From contig CAUJCO010000006.1 in NCBI GenBank assembly GCA_963169645.1, forward strand, positions 70,096 through 134,095: a stretch of 64,000 nucleotides of DNA, written 5' to 3'. Shown in pieces: positions 1 through 8,099 of the stretch; positions within the stretch are counted from its first letter, which is position 1, and every line of letters starts with the position of its first letter. Below the pieces are notes generated by a model, which saw only the letters and a program-made list of their open reading frames with translations, made no database searches and was not told the DNA's origin. The position numbers and the translations under genes are program-made. The DNA is from Bacteroidota bacterium (GTDB lineage Bacteria > Bacteroidota > Bacteroidia > Chitinophagales > JADIYW01).

Positions 1-273
1 CAAGGTATAGAATCTGCCAGGCTGATGTAACATAAATTCATTCAGCACAACTGTATTCCAAATGCAAATTTGTAAGTAAGGAAGCTGTTTGTGCAGATTT
101 TTATATAGTATTTTTATTTTAGCGGTTATTTGAGGAATAAAAATTCTGCCTTCACCTAATGTAAATTTTCCTATCCCTATCCGTGACAATACACCAGACT
201 GTACTAATGTGTAAATACGCCAATTGACAGTAGTGGGTTTTATATTGGATTCAAATTCTCTGTAGAATGACAT
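1..273 (-). CDS. Winged-helix protein, AbiEi-antitoxin/DUF6577-like; N-terminal part only (ORF runs off the left edge)
   Basis: Hand translation from the ATG at 271-273 gives MSFYREFESNIKPTTVNWRIYTLVQSGVLSRIGIGKFTLGEGRIFIPQITAKIKILYKNLHKQLPYLQICIWNTVVLNEFMLHQPGRFYTL, open to position 1. It is absent from the ORF track because it is truncated. The WRIYxLxxxGxLxRIGxGxF pattern resembles the AbiEi-type wHTH. The frame is also open upstream to ~390 with no ATG/GTG/TTG, so the start is uncertain. Confidence 0.4.
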   Translation of the reverse strand, partial: MSFYREFESNIKPTTVNWRIYTLVQSGVLSRIGIGKFTLGEGRIFIPQITAKIKILYKNLHKQLPYLQICIWNTVVLNEFMLHQPGRFYTL

Positions 274-371
274 TATTTCACTATTTCCAAAGAATTTTTT
301 GCCTTTGAAATGTATTTGTAAGAGGTCAATATTTAATTTATCGTTTGCGATGGTATCAGTGCATTTAGATG

Positions 372-426
372 CAAATATAAGTAAACTATATTACGGCAGC
401 AAATAGAAAATGCTGCCGTAATATAG
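372..426. repeat. Copy 1 of a ~33-bp direct repeat, containing a perfect 16-bp-stem hairpin
   Basis: caaatataagtaaactatattacggcagcaaat (372-404). Hairpin arms are CTATATTACGGCAGCA (386-401) and TGCTGCCGTAATATAG (411-426) with a 9-nt loop. On the minus strand a T-rich tract follows, so it may also terminate the primase gene. Confidence 0.85.
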
Positions 427-563
427 AAATTATTAATTTGTTGATTTAGAGCCAGTTGAGGTTTATTCTTAATAGACAAAAATAAGTCCATATGTAAGCT
501 AAAGAATAAAAAAGTAAGCATATAATATGACGAAATGTAAGGGATTGTAATCTTATATACTGA

Positions 564-608
564 CAAATATAAGCAACTATATTACGGCAGCAAATGGCGA
601 TTGCTGTC
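564..608. repeat. Copy 2 of the same repeat, with a degenerate hairpin
   Basis: caaatataagcaactatattacggcagcaaat (564-595) differs from copy 1 by one substitution and one 1-nt indel. Its shorter hairpin is GGCAGCAA (586-593) / TTGCTGTC (601-608) with one mismatch. Confidence 0.8.
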
Positions 609-652
609 AAAAATTAGAAATGTAGAAGTAGCGGTAAAGTAAGTCAATATAG

Positions 653-2587
653 TCAAGGTAAAATGTTGCTATCAGAAATTGACTTATAAACGCCTTTACC
701 TTGTTTGGTGATACGGTTGCCTTTTTCAAGGCGGTCAAGGCAATTATAGAGCGTTTGTTTTGACATTATAGCTGTAGTTACAAATTCAGCCATTAATTCA
801 TGTGTATATGTTTCGCCTTGAAGTGAATCTGTTTTATCCTGAATAAAATCAAATATCTGGTTAGGATTGGTATCGTCTTTTCTGCCATCAGCTTCTTTAA
901 GTAAGGCTGCTTCCGGTAATTCAGCACCTGCTACCAACCATTGATAGCCATCAATATCAAATACTGTTACATTTTCTTGTTGCTCCTGACGATAGCGAAA
1001 AGAGACTTCTTTGAAATATCTTTTGCCTTCCAGATTTTTTCCAATGCCAATCATAAAATCGGCTTCCTGACCTAACATTCTTGAACCAGCCAAACTATCT
1101 TGTGTAATTGTCTTGCCAATTTGTTTTGGTGTATGGTGTATTACAATCAATGTAATTTTTAATTTATTGGTTAGTTCGCGAAGTTTTAAAGCTACTTTTT
1201 TTGCCAATCCACTATCTTCAATACCACCTTCATATAAACGGCTTAAACTATCAATGAAAACTACATTGACATTTGAGTTAATAATCATTCTTTCTATTTC
1301 CAACCAATCTGCATCTGATGTAATTTGTCGAGGTACTAATTCATTTATTACCTTATAATTTTTTAACCAACTTTTTGTACCTAAGTTTTCATTGAGTGGA
1401 ATTGTTTGCTTCTTATTTCTCTCTGTCCGGTTTTGCCAATATTCTTCTAAAGAAATAAATAATACTTTGTATTCATCTGGTGTGATGGGTAGGTTAAAGA
1501 ACCCTTGTAATTGTGCTGCAAGGCACATTGCCAAGTTTTCGCAGAAAGTAGTTTTACCACTTTTTGAAGGACCAAAAACAAAGCCGAATGAATTTTTCTT
1601 AATGCCACTCCAGATAAACGGCACTGGTGGCTCTTTGTCATGTCGTTCAATCAACTCATCCAAACCTACCACACCCTTGTGTGAATAGCTTGGCACTGCA
1701 ATGGGTGAATTATGAGTAGTTGTAAACTTTGAGAATTCGTTTCTGCCATTAGTATAGGCACTTTTAATAGTATTCGTTACTTCCATATCATCATAATTGT
1801 ATTGCGCTTTTATTTTGGATATAGCTTCATATTCAGGTATGCCGTTGCGATTACAATTATTCGCTAACAAATGCACGAAATTATTTCTGTTGCCTTCCAT
1901 AAATTGATGTATGTTTTCTGTAAGCTGTACACATCTTTCAAACACATCAGTACTTAATATTGGATTATGTATAGGGTTATTTTTTGGAATAGTTGTTTGT
2001 ACAGGTAATTCATGTGTTGGTGTAAATATTCTTGCATTTTCATTCATAAATATTTTGCTATCGCAAGAGTAATAACATAAGTGACTTACATCACTTCCTG
2101 ATTTGTCAATGACAATACCTAATTCTTTTTCATACAATTCTTTTACTTGTTTGAAAGCTATTTTGTGTTGTTCAGCGTTACTGCTTACTTTTACGATAAT
2201 TTTTAAGCCAGCACCTGAAGGACTGATAAAACAAGAGAATGTAAGAGGCATTGCACATATCCTTTCAAATAAAACAGGTACTTGCTCCATTTCTAATTTA
2301 TCAATATCAAGAATAATAAAACCCGAATAGGTTTTGAGGTTAACAATGCTTCTTGTCGGTTCAAAAGTGCCGCACACAGTAAAGCCAGAAAGTTTGTCTT
2401 TTAGTTTGTCGTATTCTTCTTTATTTCCTTCAGCATACAGCTTTCTTGCCGGATTAATGATGTGATGGTTAATGCAATTATTAATTACCATTAATATCTC
2501 ATTTAGTGGCTTAAGTTCTGACGGTGTGCTGTCTTTGTTGCTACGGAATACCGCGCACAAAGGATATTTATTTTTTGCTACTTCCAT
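653..2587 (-). CDS. Primase-helicase fusion (BT4734/VirE-N-type PrimPol domain + RecA-like AAA_25 P-loop ATPase)
   Basis: 644-aa ORF. The N-terminal half has FIILDIDK...SPSGAGLKIIV...DVSHLCYYSCD, the BT4734-like primase pattern. The C-terminal half has Walker A GPSKSGKT, Walker B-like VVFIDSLSRL and LIVIHHTPK, typical of RepA/DnaB-like helicases. Confidence 0.7.
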   Translation of the reverse strand: MEVAKNKYPLCAVFRSNKDSTPSELKPLNEILMVINNCINHHIINPARKLYAEGNKEEYDKLKDKLSGFTVCGTFEPTRSIVNLKTYSGFIILDIDKLEMEQVPVLFERICAMPLTFSCFISPSGAGLKIIVKVSSNAEQHKIAFKQVKELYEKELGIVIDKSGSDVSHLCYYSCDSKIFMNENARIFTPTHELPVQTTIPKNNPIHNPILSTDVFERCVQLTENIHQFMEGNRNNFVHLLANNCNRNGIPEYEAISKIKAQYNYDDMEVTNTIKSAYTNGRNEFSKFTTTHNSPIAVPSYSHKGVVGLDELIERHDKEPPVPFIWSGIKKNSFGFVFGPSKSGKTTFCENLAMCLAAQLQGFFNLPITPDEYKVLFISLEEYWQNRTERNKKQTIPLNENLGTKSWLKNYKVINELVPRQITSDADWLEIERMIINSNVNVVFIDSLSRLYEGGIEDSGLAKKVALKLRELTNKLKITLIVIHHTPKQIGKTITQDSLAGSRMLGQEADFMIGIGKNLEGKRYFKEVSFRYRQEQQENVTVFDIDGYQWLVAGAELPEAALLKEADGRKDDTNPNQIFDFIQDKTDSLQGETYTHELMAEFVTTAIMSKQTLYNCLDRLEKGNRITKQGKGVYKSISDSNILP

Positions 2588-2632
2588 TTTTAATTTATTT
2601 TGCGTTGAAAAATTATAAATCAGAAATGAGCA

Positions 2633-2911
2633 TCATCTTTTAAATGCTTTGTTGTAGTGAGATTTTAGTAATTCTTCTACATCAGAAAGTTTGTAATAAA
2701 TTTTGTTGCCGACCTGTGAGAAAGAAATTAAACCACTATCTCTGTAATGTTGGGCTGTTCGTTTTGAGATTTTTAAAAGCTGCATCAACTCTTGGTTGTC
2801 GAGCCATTGTTCTTTTGGTTCTTTCTCTTTTACATTTAAGCGGTTGTTGATTGCTTCCAGTTTGCCTACTAATTCCTGAAAGGCTTGCGATTGAATTGTG
2901 ATTACTTCCAT
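2633..2911 (-). CDS. Helix-turn-helix DNA-binding protein (HTH_17 / AlpA-excisionase-like)
   Basis: 92 aa. WLDNQELMQLLKISKRTAQHYRDSGLISFSQVGNKIYYKLSDVEELL matches the MerR-superfamily excisionase/AlpA-type HTH common in Bacteroidetes islands. Confidence 0.8.
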   Translation of the reverse strand: MEVITIQSQAFQELVGKLEAINNRLNVKEKEPKEQWLDNQELMQLLKISKRTAQHYRDSGLISFSQVGNKIYYKLSDVEELLKSHYNKAFKR

Positions 2912-3037
2912 TTTTTTAATTTTGAGTGTTATTGAAAAAATTACACTGCAAAACTGTGAATTAGAAAGAATCCAAAACAGTTACAAGGGGGTATGTAACC
3001 CTATCTTAAATGATTGATTTATAGTAAGTTTGGTGAA

Positions 3038-4528
3038 TTAATTTTTATAAATTTTTCTTGCTTGGGTTGCCATTGCGGATAGTTTTTCAACCCAAAACTC
3101 TGCTGCTTTTGTATCGGGTTGATTGAAAAGCTGACGGAGTTTGTCAATGCTTATGCCATCATCACCGGATTTCTTAGTAATGAAGTTTGCTGAAATAAAA
3201 CGGTGTAGGTCTGCTTCTGCTTTGATGTCAAAAATGCCTGGTTTTAAATCGTTCAGCATTTTAAAAAGCATTGCCACTTGCGGCACTGATAGATTGGTTT
3301 TGATGCGGTTATTTTTTGCATCGGATAGTTTGGAGAAATCGATTTTCAAATTGTCTTTTACAAAAGCTTTATTCATTGCTAACATCAACGCGATTTTACG
3401 AGGAATGGAAAGTGACAAAGCACTTTCAACTATTTGAATCTTTGCTTGTAAAAATGAAAGCCGCTGTTCTTCTTTTATTATGGCAGTAAGCCGTTTATTT
3501 GCCAAATTATGTTCTTCTAACTTTTCTAATATAGTGGTATTTGCTTCTGAAAATATATACTCTGTATATTCTTCTGATATAAGAACATCATAATTTGGAT
3601 TTACATCAGCGAAGCCAAATTCACGAACAAAATATAAATTCTCTAATGCCAGTATATTAGCAGTTAAAATCGCCTTGCGGTTTGCTGTTTCTTTATTTAT
3701 GGTATTCTGATTGTAGTTCTGTGCGATTATTTCTTTGGTGTCATTTATTAGGTCGAGCGTCTTTTCTTTACTGTATTCGTCTATATTAATGTAACGCTTT
3801 ACAATAAAATCATTCATACCTACATTCATTTTTACTACTGTAACAGATGGCGGTGTTTTTCCTAAAAGTGAAATGTAGATTTCATCTTCACTTAATATTT
3901 TTGAACTTATGAATGAAACGAAAGTTTGTTGTATCTCCAACAATAAACGAATAAGTGTACTTTGTAATGCTGAAAGGATATAGTCGCTTATTTTCTTTTC
4001 TGCTTCCGTTTTATTTTTAGGTAATTCATCAAAACGTAAATCATCCGTGTATGAAAGCTCTTTTAGGTGCGTGGTTGTGTCTTTAATGAAAGTTTGTACT
4101 TTTATCAGCGTAGTATTAATCAAAAATTTTGCTTCGTTTTCGTTGCTGCAAACCTGTACTGCCTTGTTTAGGTTATTCATCAATCGAGTGCCTTCATTTC
4201 TTATCAGGTAGTAATAAAACTCAGTTTTATAATTGAAATGTGGTGGAATGTCAATATCAATAAGTGGTTCAAAAATTTCATCTTTTACAGAAGTCACTTT
4301 GATTTTATCTTCTTCAATTTCAAAAATATAATCTTCTTCGTTTAATAGAATAGGATAGTCTTTCAATGCATTGTTAATTGCTTTTTCAAATGCTGCTGCA
4401 CCACCTTTCGGAACTCTGAAAGAAGGATTGAGTTTCTGCTGAAACTTGTCTTCAGATTTATTGATGTCAAGCCAATGTCTTAAATCGCCAAATAATATCC
4501 GATTATATATGCTTAGGTCAATTTTCAT
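3038..4528 (-). CDS. Hypothetical protein; all-alpha-looking, with a possible RteC-like C-terminal DNA-binding module
   Basis: 496-aa uninterrupted ORF with no catalytic motif recognised. The last ~90 aa (NLSVPQVAMLFKMLNDL...LHRFISANF...ISIDKLRQLF) loosely resemble the C-terminus of the Bacteroides RteC regulator. Confidence 0.35.
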   Translation of the reverse strand: MKIDLSIYNRILFGDLRHWLDINKSEDKFQQKLNPSFRVPKGGAAAFEKAINNALKDYPILLNEEDYIFEIEEDKIKVTSVKDEIFEPLIDIDIPPHFNYKTEFYYYLIRNEGTRLMNNLNKAVQVCSNENEAKFLINTTLIKVQTFIKDTTTHLKELSYTDDLRFDELPKNKTEAEKKISDYILSALQSTLIRLLLEIQQTFVSFISSKILSEDEIYISLLGKTPPSVTVVKMNVGMNDFIVKRYINIDEYSKEKTLDLINDTKEIIAQNYNQNTINKETANRKAILTANILALENLYFVREFGFADVNPNYDVLISEEYTEYIFSEANTTILEKLEEHNLANKRLTAIIKEEQRLSFLQAKIQIVESALSLSIPRKIALMLAMNKAFVKDNLKIDFSKLSDAKNNRIKTNLSVPQVAMLFKMLNDLKPGIFDIKAEADLHRFISANFITKKSGDDGISIDKLRQLFNQPDTKAAEFWVEKLSAMATQARKIYKN

Positions 4529-4537
4529 CTTTTTCTT

Positions 4538-5760
4538 CTATTCATCAAAAATATCCATTGCTTTATCTAATTCCGAATTTACAATTTTGGTATAAACTTG
4601 TGTAGTTTTTATAGTAGAATGTCCCATTAATTTAGACACATATTCAATTCTCATTCCTTTTCTTAAAGCACGAGTTGCCCAAGTATGGCGACTTGAATGA
4701 AAACTGATATTTTTATTGATTTCTGATTTATCTGCAATAAACTTTAAATTCTTATTTGTTTAAGCTATATTTGAGGAGATAGTTTTAAAAAGCAAGAAAG
4801 GATTTGAATAATCCATATCATTATCTAAGAATGGAAAAATATATTGATTAGATTTTCTTTGCTTTGAATCTGTTGAGTAATATTCAATAATGTCTTTTGC
4901 TTTTTGCGGAAGTTTTACTTGTATTAAATCATCCGTTTTTTGCGCTTTAAATCTTATATGTGTGCCATCATAGTTATTCCATTTTAACTGAAAAATATCA
5001 GAAATACGAATGCCACCAGCAAACGCTGCAAATACATACGCATTGCGATGATGAAACATCATTGTGTTTTCTGTTAGTTCTACATTTTCTATCGCCAGTA
5101 ATTCTTCTTCCGTTAAGTATTCTTTGTTTGTTTTTTCCCAAGATAATTTGAATTTGCTAAATGGATTTGCATTTGGTTCAATCAAATCTTCTCTAACTGC
5201 ATCATTAAACAGCTTTCTAAAAATCTTTAAATTGGAATGAATAGTATTGTTCTTGTTTTTTAATACGTTCTGTAAATAGCTTTCATATTTCTTTAAAAAG
5301 TGGAGGTGAGGTCTATTTCATCAAACATTAAATCATTGCCTTTTAGATATTGATTTAGCTTTGAATAAGTGGAATTAGCTTTATCATAAGTGCCTGTATG
5401 ACCTTTTATTTTTAAAGTATCTATGTAATCTTTGAAATAGTCTTTAAAACTTACAGCTGGTTTGCCTAATATCTTTTCTTTGATTTTCTTGCTACTTACA
5501 CGGTTTCGTTTATTCGTTTCTAATGTAACGGCTACATCATTTGCATCTGCTATTTTTTGAGTAATGAATGCATTTAGTCGTGCTGAGTTTGGATGTTTCT
5601 TTTTTACAACGTTTTCTTTATCGTCCCATAATTCTGGTTTTAGCTTTACACCAATTGATATGAACTTAGTTTTTCTGTCTTTTATGATTCGGATATACAA
5701 AGGTATTTCGCCATTGGAATCAATTTTATTTTCTTTAAAGATTAACTTGATACTTTCCAT
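4538..5760 (-). pseudogene. Tyrosine recombinase/integrase (Bacteroidetes arm-binding type), disrupted by one frameshift and one in-frame stop
   Basis: Three collinear pieces. 5760-5293 is the N-terminal arm/SAM-like domain (MESIKLIFKENKIDSNGEIPLYIRII...). 5317-4763 is the core-binding region (NTIHSNLKIFRKLFNDAVREDLIEPNANPF...) in a different frame. After the TAA at 4760-4762, the same frame continues TNKNLKFIADKSEINKNISFHSSRHTWATRALRKGMRIEYVSKLMGHSTIKTTQVYTKI, carrying the catalytic HxxR...H...Y, with a stop at 4538-4540. Confidence 0.85.
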
Positions 5761-5808
5761 GATGCCTTATTTCATTAGTGTTCTGAGAATACTCTAAGAT
5801 ACAAAATA

Positions 5809-5832
5809 GGTACAACATTTGGTACAACGTTT
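5809..5832. repeat. Tandem 12-mer GGTACAACNTTT x2, upstream of the integrase
   Basis: ggtacaacattt (5809-5820) is directly followed by ggtacaacgttt (5821-5832), 49-72 bp upstream of the integrase start. Two copies of tgcatttta follow nearby (5835-5843, 5865-5873). Confidence 0.8.
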
Positions 5833-5941
5833 AGTGCATTTTACTGCTTTTTTATGCACAATATTGCATTTTATGTAAAGTATAAAATACTGTTTATCAA
5901 TACTTATGAAGAAAATTGAAGTAAAGCGGTGTAGTTAAATT

Positions 5942-5957
5942 AGTCCCGTCCGGACCG
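5942..5957 (+). other. tRNA 3'-end-like fragment (candidate attR core)
   Basis: AGT-CCCGT-CCGGACC-G can be parsed as T-loop end / T-stem 3' strand / acceptor 3' strand / discriminator. No matching 5' half lies upstream (AT-rich sequence). A strong terminator follows immediately. Confidence 0.35.
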
Positions 5958-5958
5958 C

Positions 5959-5984
5959 AAAGCTCTCTTCGGAGAGCTTTTTTT
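5959..5984 (+). terminator. Rho-independent terminator, orphan on the + strand
   Basis: AAAGCTCTC-TTCG-GAGAGCTTT followed by a T-run on the + strand only. There is no + strand gene upstream within the window. Confidence 0.8.
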
Positions 5985-6062
5985 ATTTTAATCTCTGACT
6001 TACTTTATTTTATTTTTAGTGCAGATAAATAGCAACATGATTCTGTTTTCTTGAATAAAGAC

Positions 6063-7064
6063 TTACAAGCTATGTTTCTCGTCTTTCATCATGTTTTCTA
6101 AAGTCCATTCAATTTTTCTTTCAAATGGGAATTGTCGTGCTATACAATCTTGCTTTAAGCAACTCTTACAGCATTTGGGTAAACATGGGTCGGCATGTAT
6201 AAAGGTTTCCAAGTTATTTGGAATCAATAGTTTCACATCTTTCTCTATATATTTAAGTTCCTCATGTACTTCCACCGCATTAAAATACCAAGGAATAGTA
6301 GCATGGCAATCGATGTGAATTTTTTCGCCAAATTTTATGATGCGTAAATTATGTATGTCCATCCAATTGTCTCGACGATTGGCACTAAGTTGTTTTACCA
6401 CTTTTCCCAATAAGGCAAAATCCGCTTCATCCATAATTCCGGCAACCGATTTTTTTAAAATCTTGTATCCATTATAAATAATGAAAATTCCAATTAATAT
6501 AGCAAGCACATTATCTAACCAATGCTGATTGGTGAAGTATATAATTCCTAAGCCAATCAACAAACCGACCGAAGTGTAGGCATCCACTTTTAAATGCTCA
6601 CCGCTGGCAATTAAGGTAAGGGAACTGTTTTTTTTGCCGTTTTTTTGTGCAATATGACCTAAAATAAAATTGATAATTCCTGTTGCAATAATCAAAGCTA
6701 AACCAATGGCTAAATGTTCTAATTGTTTGGGTACAAAAAAATTGTAACTCGATTTGATAATCATGGATATGCCGGTTGCTGCAATTAGTGTACCTTCTAT
6801 ACTGGCCGAAATATATTCTATTTTGCCATGACCATACGGATGGTCTTCATCTTTAGGTTTAGCCGCAAGAAACAAGCTATACAAACCAAAACTTCCGGCT
6901 ATAATATTTACAATACTTTCTAATGCATCCGTTAAAATCGCATTGGAGTTGGTTTTAAAATAAGCAAAAAATTTCACCACTAACAATACCAATCCTACCA
7001 ACAATGCTATTGTTTGTACCAGAATTTTTTCCTTGTTATTAGGCGTTTGTAATGCTATAGACAT
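6063..7064 (-). CDS. Cation diffusion facilitator (CDF) family metal efflux transporter
   Basis: 333 aa, six predicted TM segments, DALES..N and HPYGHGKIEY signature motifs, and a Cys-rich cytoplasmic tail (CLPKCCKSCLKQDC). Confidence 0.85.
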   Translation of the reverse strand: MSIALQTPNNKEKILVQTIALLVGLVLLVVKFFAYFKTNSNAILTDALESIVNIIAGSFGLYSLFLAAKPKDEDHPYGHGKIEYISASIEGTLIAATGISMIIKSSYNFFVPKQLEHLAIGLALIIATGIINFILGHIAQKNGKKNSSLTLIASGEHLKVDAYTSVGLLIGLGIIYFTNQHWLDNVLAILIGIFIIYNGYKILKKSVAGIMDEADFALLGKVVKQLSANRRDNWMDIHNLRIIKFGEKIHIDCHATIPWYFNAVEVHEELKYIEKDVKLLIPNNLETFIHADPCLPKCCKSCLKQDCIARQFPFERKIEWTLENMMKDEKHSL

Positions 7065-7065
7065 C

Positions 7066-8040
7066 TTAATAGTTGCGTTCTGTAATGTAATTTACTAAAT
7101 CAATTAATCCGGTTTTTGCTGGTGTATCTTCAATCGTTTTTATAATTTCAAAAGCCCGTAATTTGTATTCATGCATTTTTTCTTCTGTATATATCAAGCC
7201 ACCTCTTTCCCGAATAAAAGTAATTAGTTCGTTAACGGCTTTTTTATCTTCGTTTTTATTTTTTACCGTATTGATAATCCACTTTTTTTCTTCCTTACTG
7301 CAATTATTCAATGTGTAAATTAACGGAAGCGTCATTTTTCGTTCTTTAATATCAATACCTCTTGGTTTCCCGATATCCGCTTCGCCATAATCAAATAAAT
7401 CATCTTTTATTTGAAATGCAATGCCAATATTTTCACCTATTAAGCGCATTTTTTCTATTAGCTCTTTGTCGTTCGTAGCAGATGCAGCACCCACTTCACA
7501 AGCTGCAGCAATAAGCGATGCTGTTTTGTTTTTGATGATTTCAAAATAAACTTCTTCCGTAATGTCTAATTTCCGCGCTTTTTCCATTTGCAGTAACTCA
7601 CCTTCGCTCATTTTGCGCACAGCATCAGAAGTGATATGCAATAATTGATAGTTGTGTGTATCTAAAGCGTGTAATAATCCTTTCGATAAAAAATAATCAC
7701 CCACCAATACAGCTATCTTGTTTTTCCATAATGCATTAATTGAAAAAAAACCGCGCCTTTCATAGGCATCATCCACCACATCATCATGTACCAATGTGGC
7801 AGTATGTAATAATTCTACTAACGATGCTCCTACATACGTTGCTTCTGTAACACCACCACACATTTTCGCCGACAAGAAAATAAACATCGGTCTTATTTGT
7901 TTGCCTTTTCGTTGATAAATGTAATAGTTTACTTTATCTAACAAGGCAACTTGGCTTCGCATTACTTCTCTAAACTTATACTCAAAAGTTTCAAGTTCTT
8001 TTTCGATAGGAGACTTTAATATATCTACTTTATTACTCAA
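7066..8040 (-). CDS. ispB: Polyprenyl diphosphate synthase (trans-IPPS, octaprenyl-type)
   Basis: FARM LVHDDVVDD and SARM KDDLFDY motifs over a 324-aa length. TTG start. The stop lies 1 nt from the CDF start. Confidence 0.85.
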   Translation of the reverse strand: MSNKVDILKSPIEKELETFEYKFREVMRSQVALLDKVNYYIYQRKGKQIRPMFIFLSAKMCGGVTEATYVGASLVELLHTATLVHDDVVDDAYERRGFFSINALWKNKIAVLVGDYFLSKGLLHALDTHNYQLLHITSDAVRKMSEGELLQMEKARKLDITEEVYFEIIKNKTASLIAAACEVGAASATNDKELIEKMRLIGENIGIAFQIKDDLFDYGEADIGKPRGIDIKERKMTLPLIYTLNNCSKEEKKWIINTVKNKNEDKKAVNELITFIRERGGLIYTEEKMHEYKLRAFEIIKTIEDTPAKTGLIDLVNYITERNY

Positions 8041-8048
8041 CGATTAAG

Positions 8049-8056
8049 TATTTTTG
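8049..8056 (+). promoter_or_regulatory. Candidate Bacteroidetes -7 promoter box (TATTTTTG)
   Basis: Matches TAnnTTTG, 44 nt upstream of the ATG at 8100. Confidence 0.3.
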
Positions 8057-8099
8057 GTAAAATTAACCATTATATTCTAATTCAATATACTATAAAAAT

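Larger units (their letters stand above)
1..5957. mobile_element. Decayed integrative island (P4/PICI-satellite-like or NBU-like core: int, orphan, alpA-like HTH, primase-helicase); left end lies outside the window
   Basis: Co-directional minus-strand block: tyrosine integrase remnants, HTH_17 protein and PrimPol+P-loop helicase. It ends at a tRNA-3'-end-like 16-mer plus an orphan + strand terminator (5942-5984). Housekeeping genes start at 6063. Confidence 0.65.

Noticed and set aside
333-566. 77-aa ORF on the minus strand between the two 33-bp repeats
   Set aside because: Low-complexity, Y/I/L/F-rich, with no recognisable features. It spans a structured non-coding repeat region and is most likely a chance ORF in AT-rich DNA.
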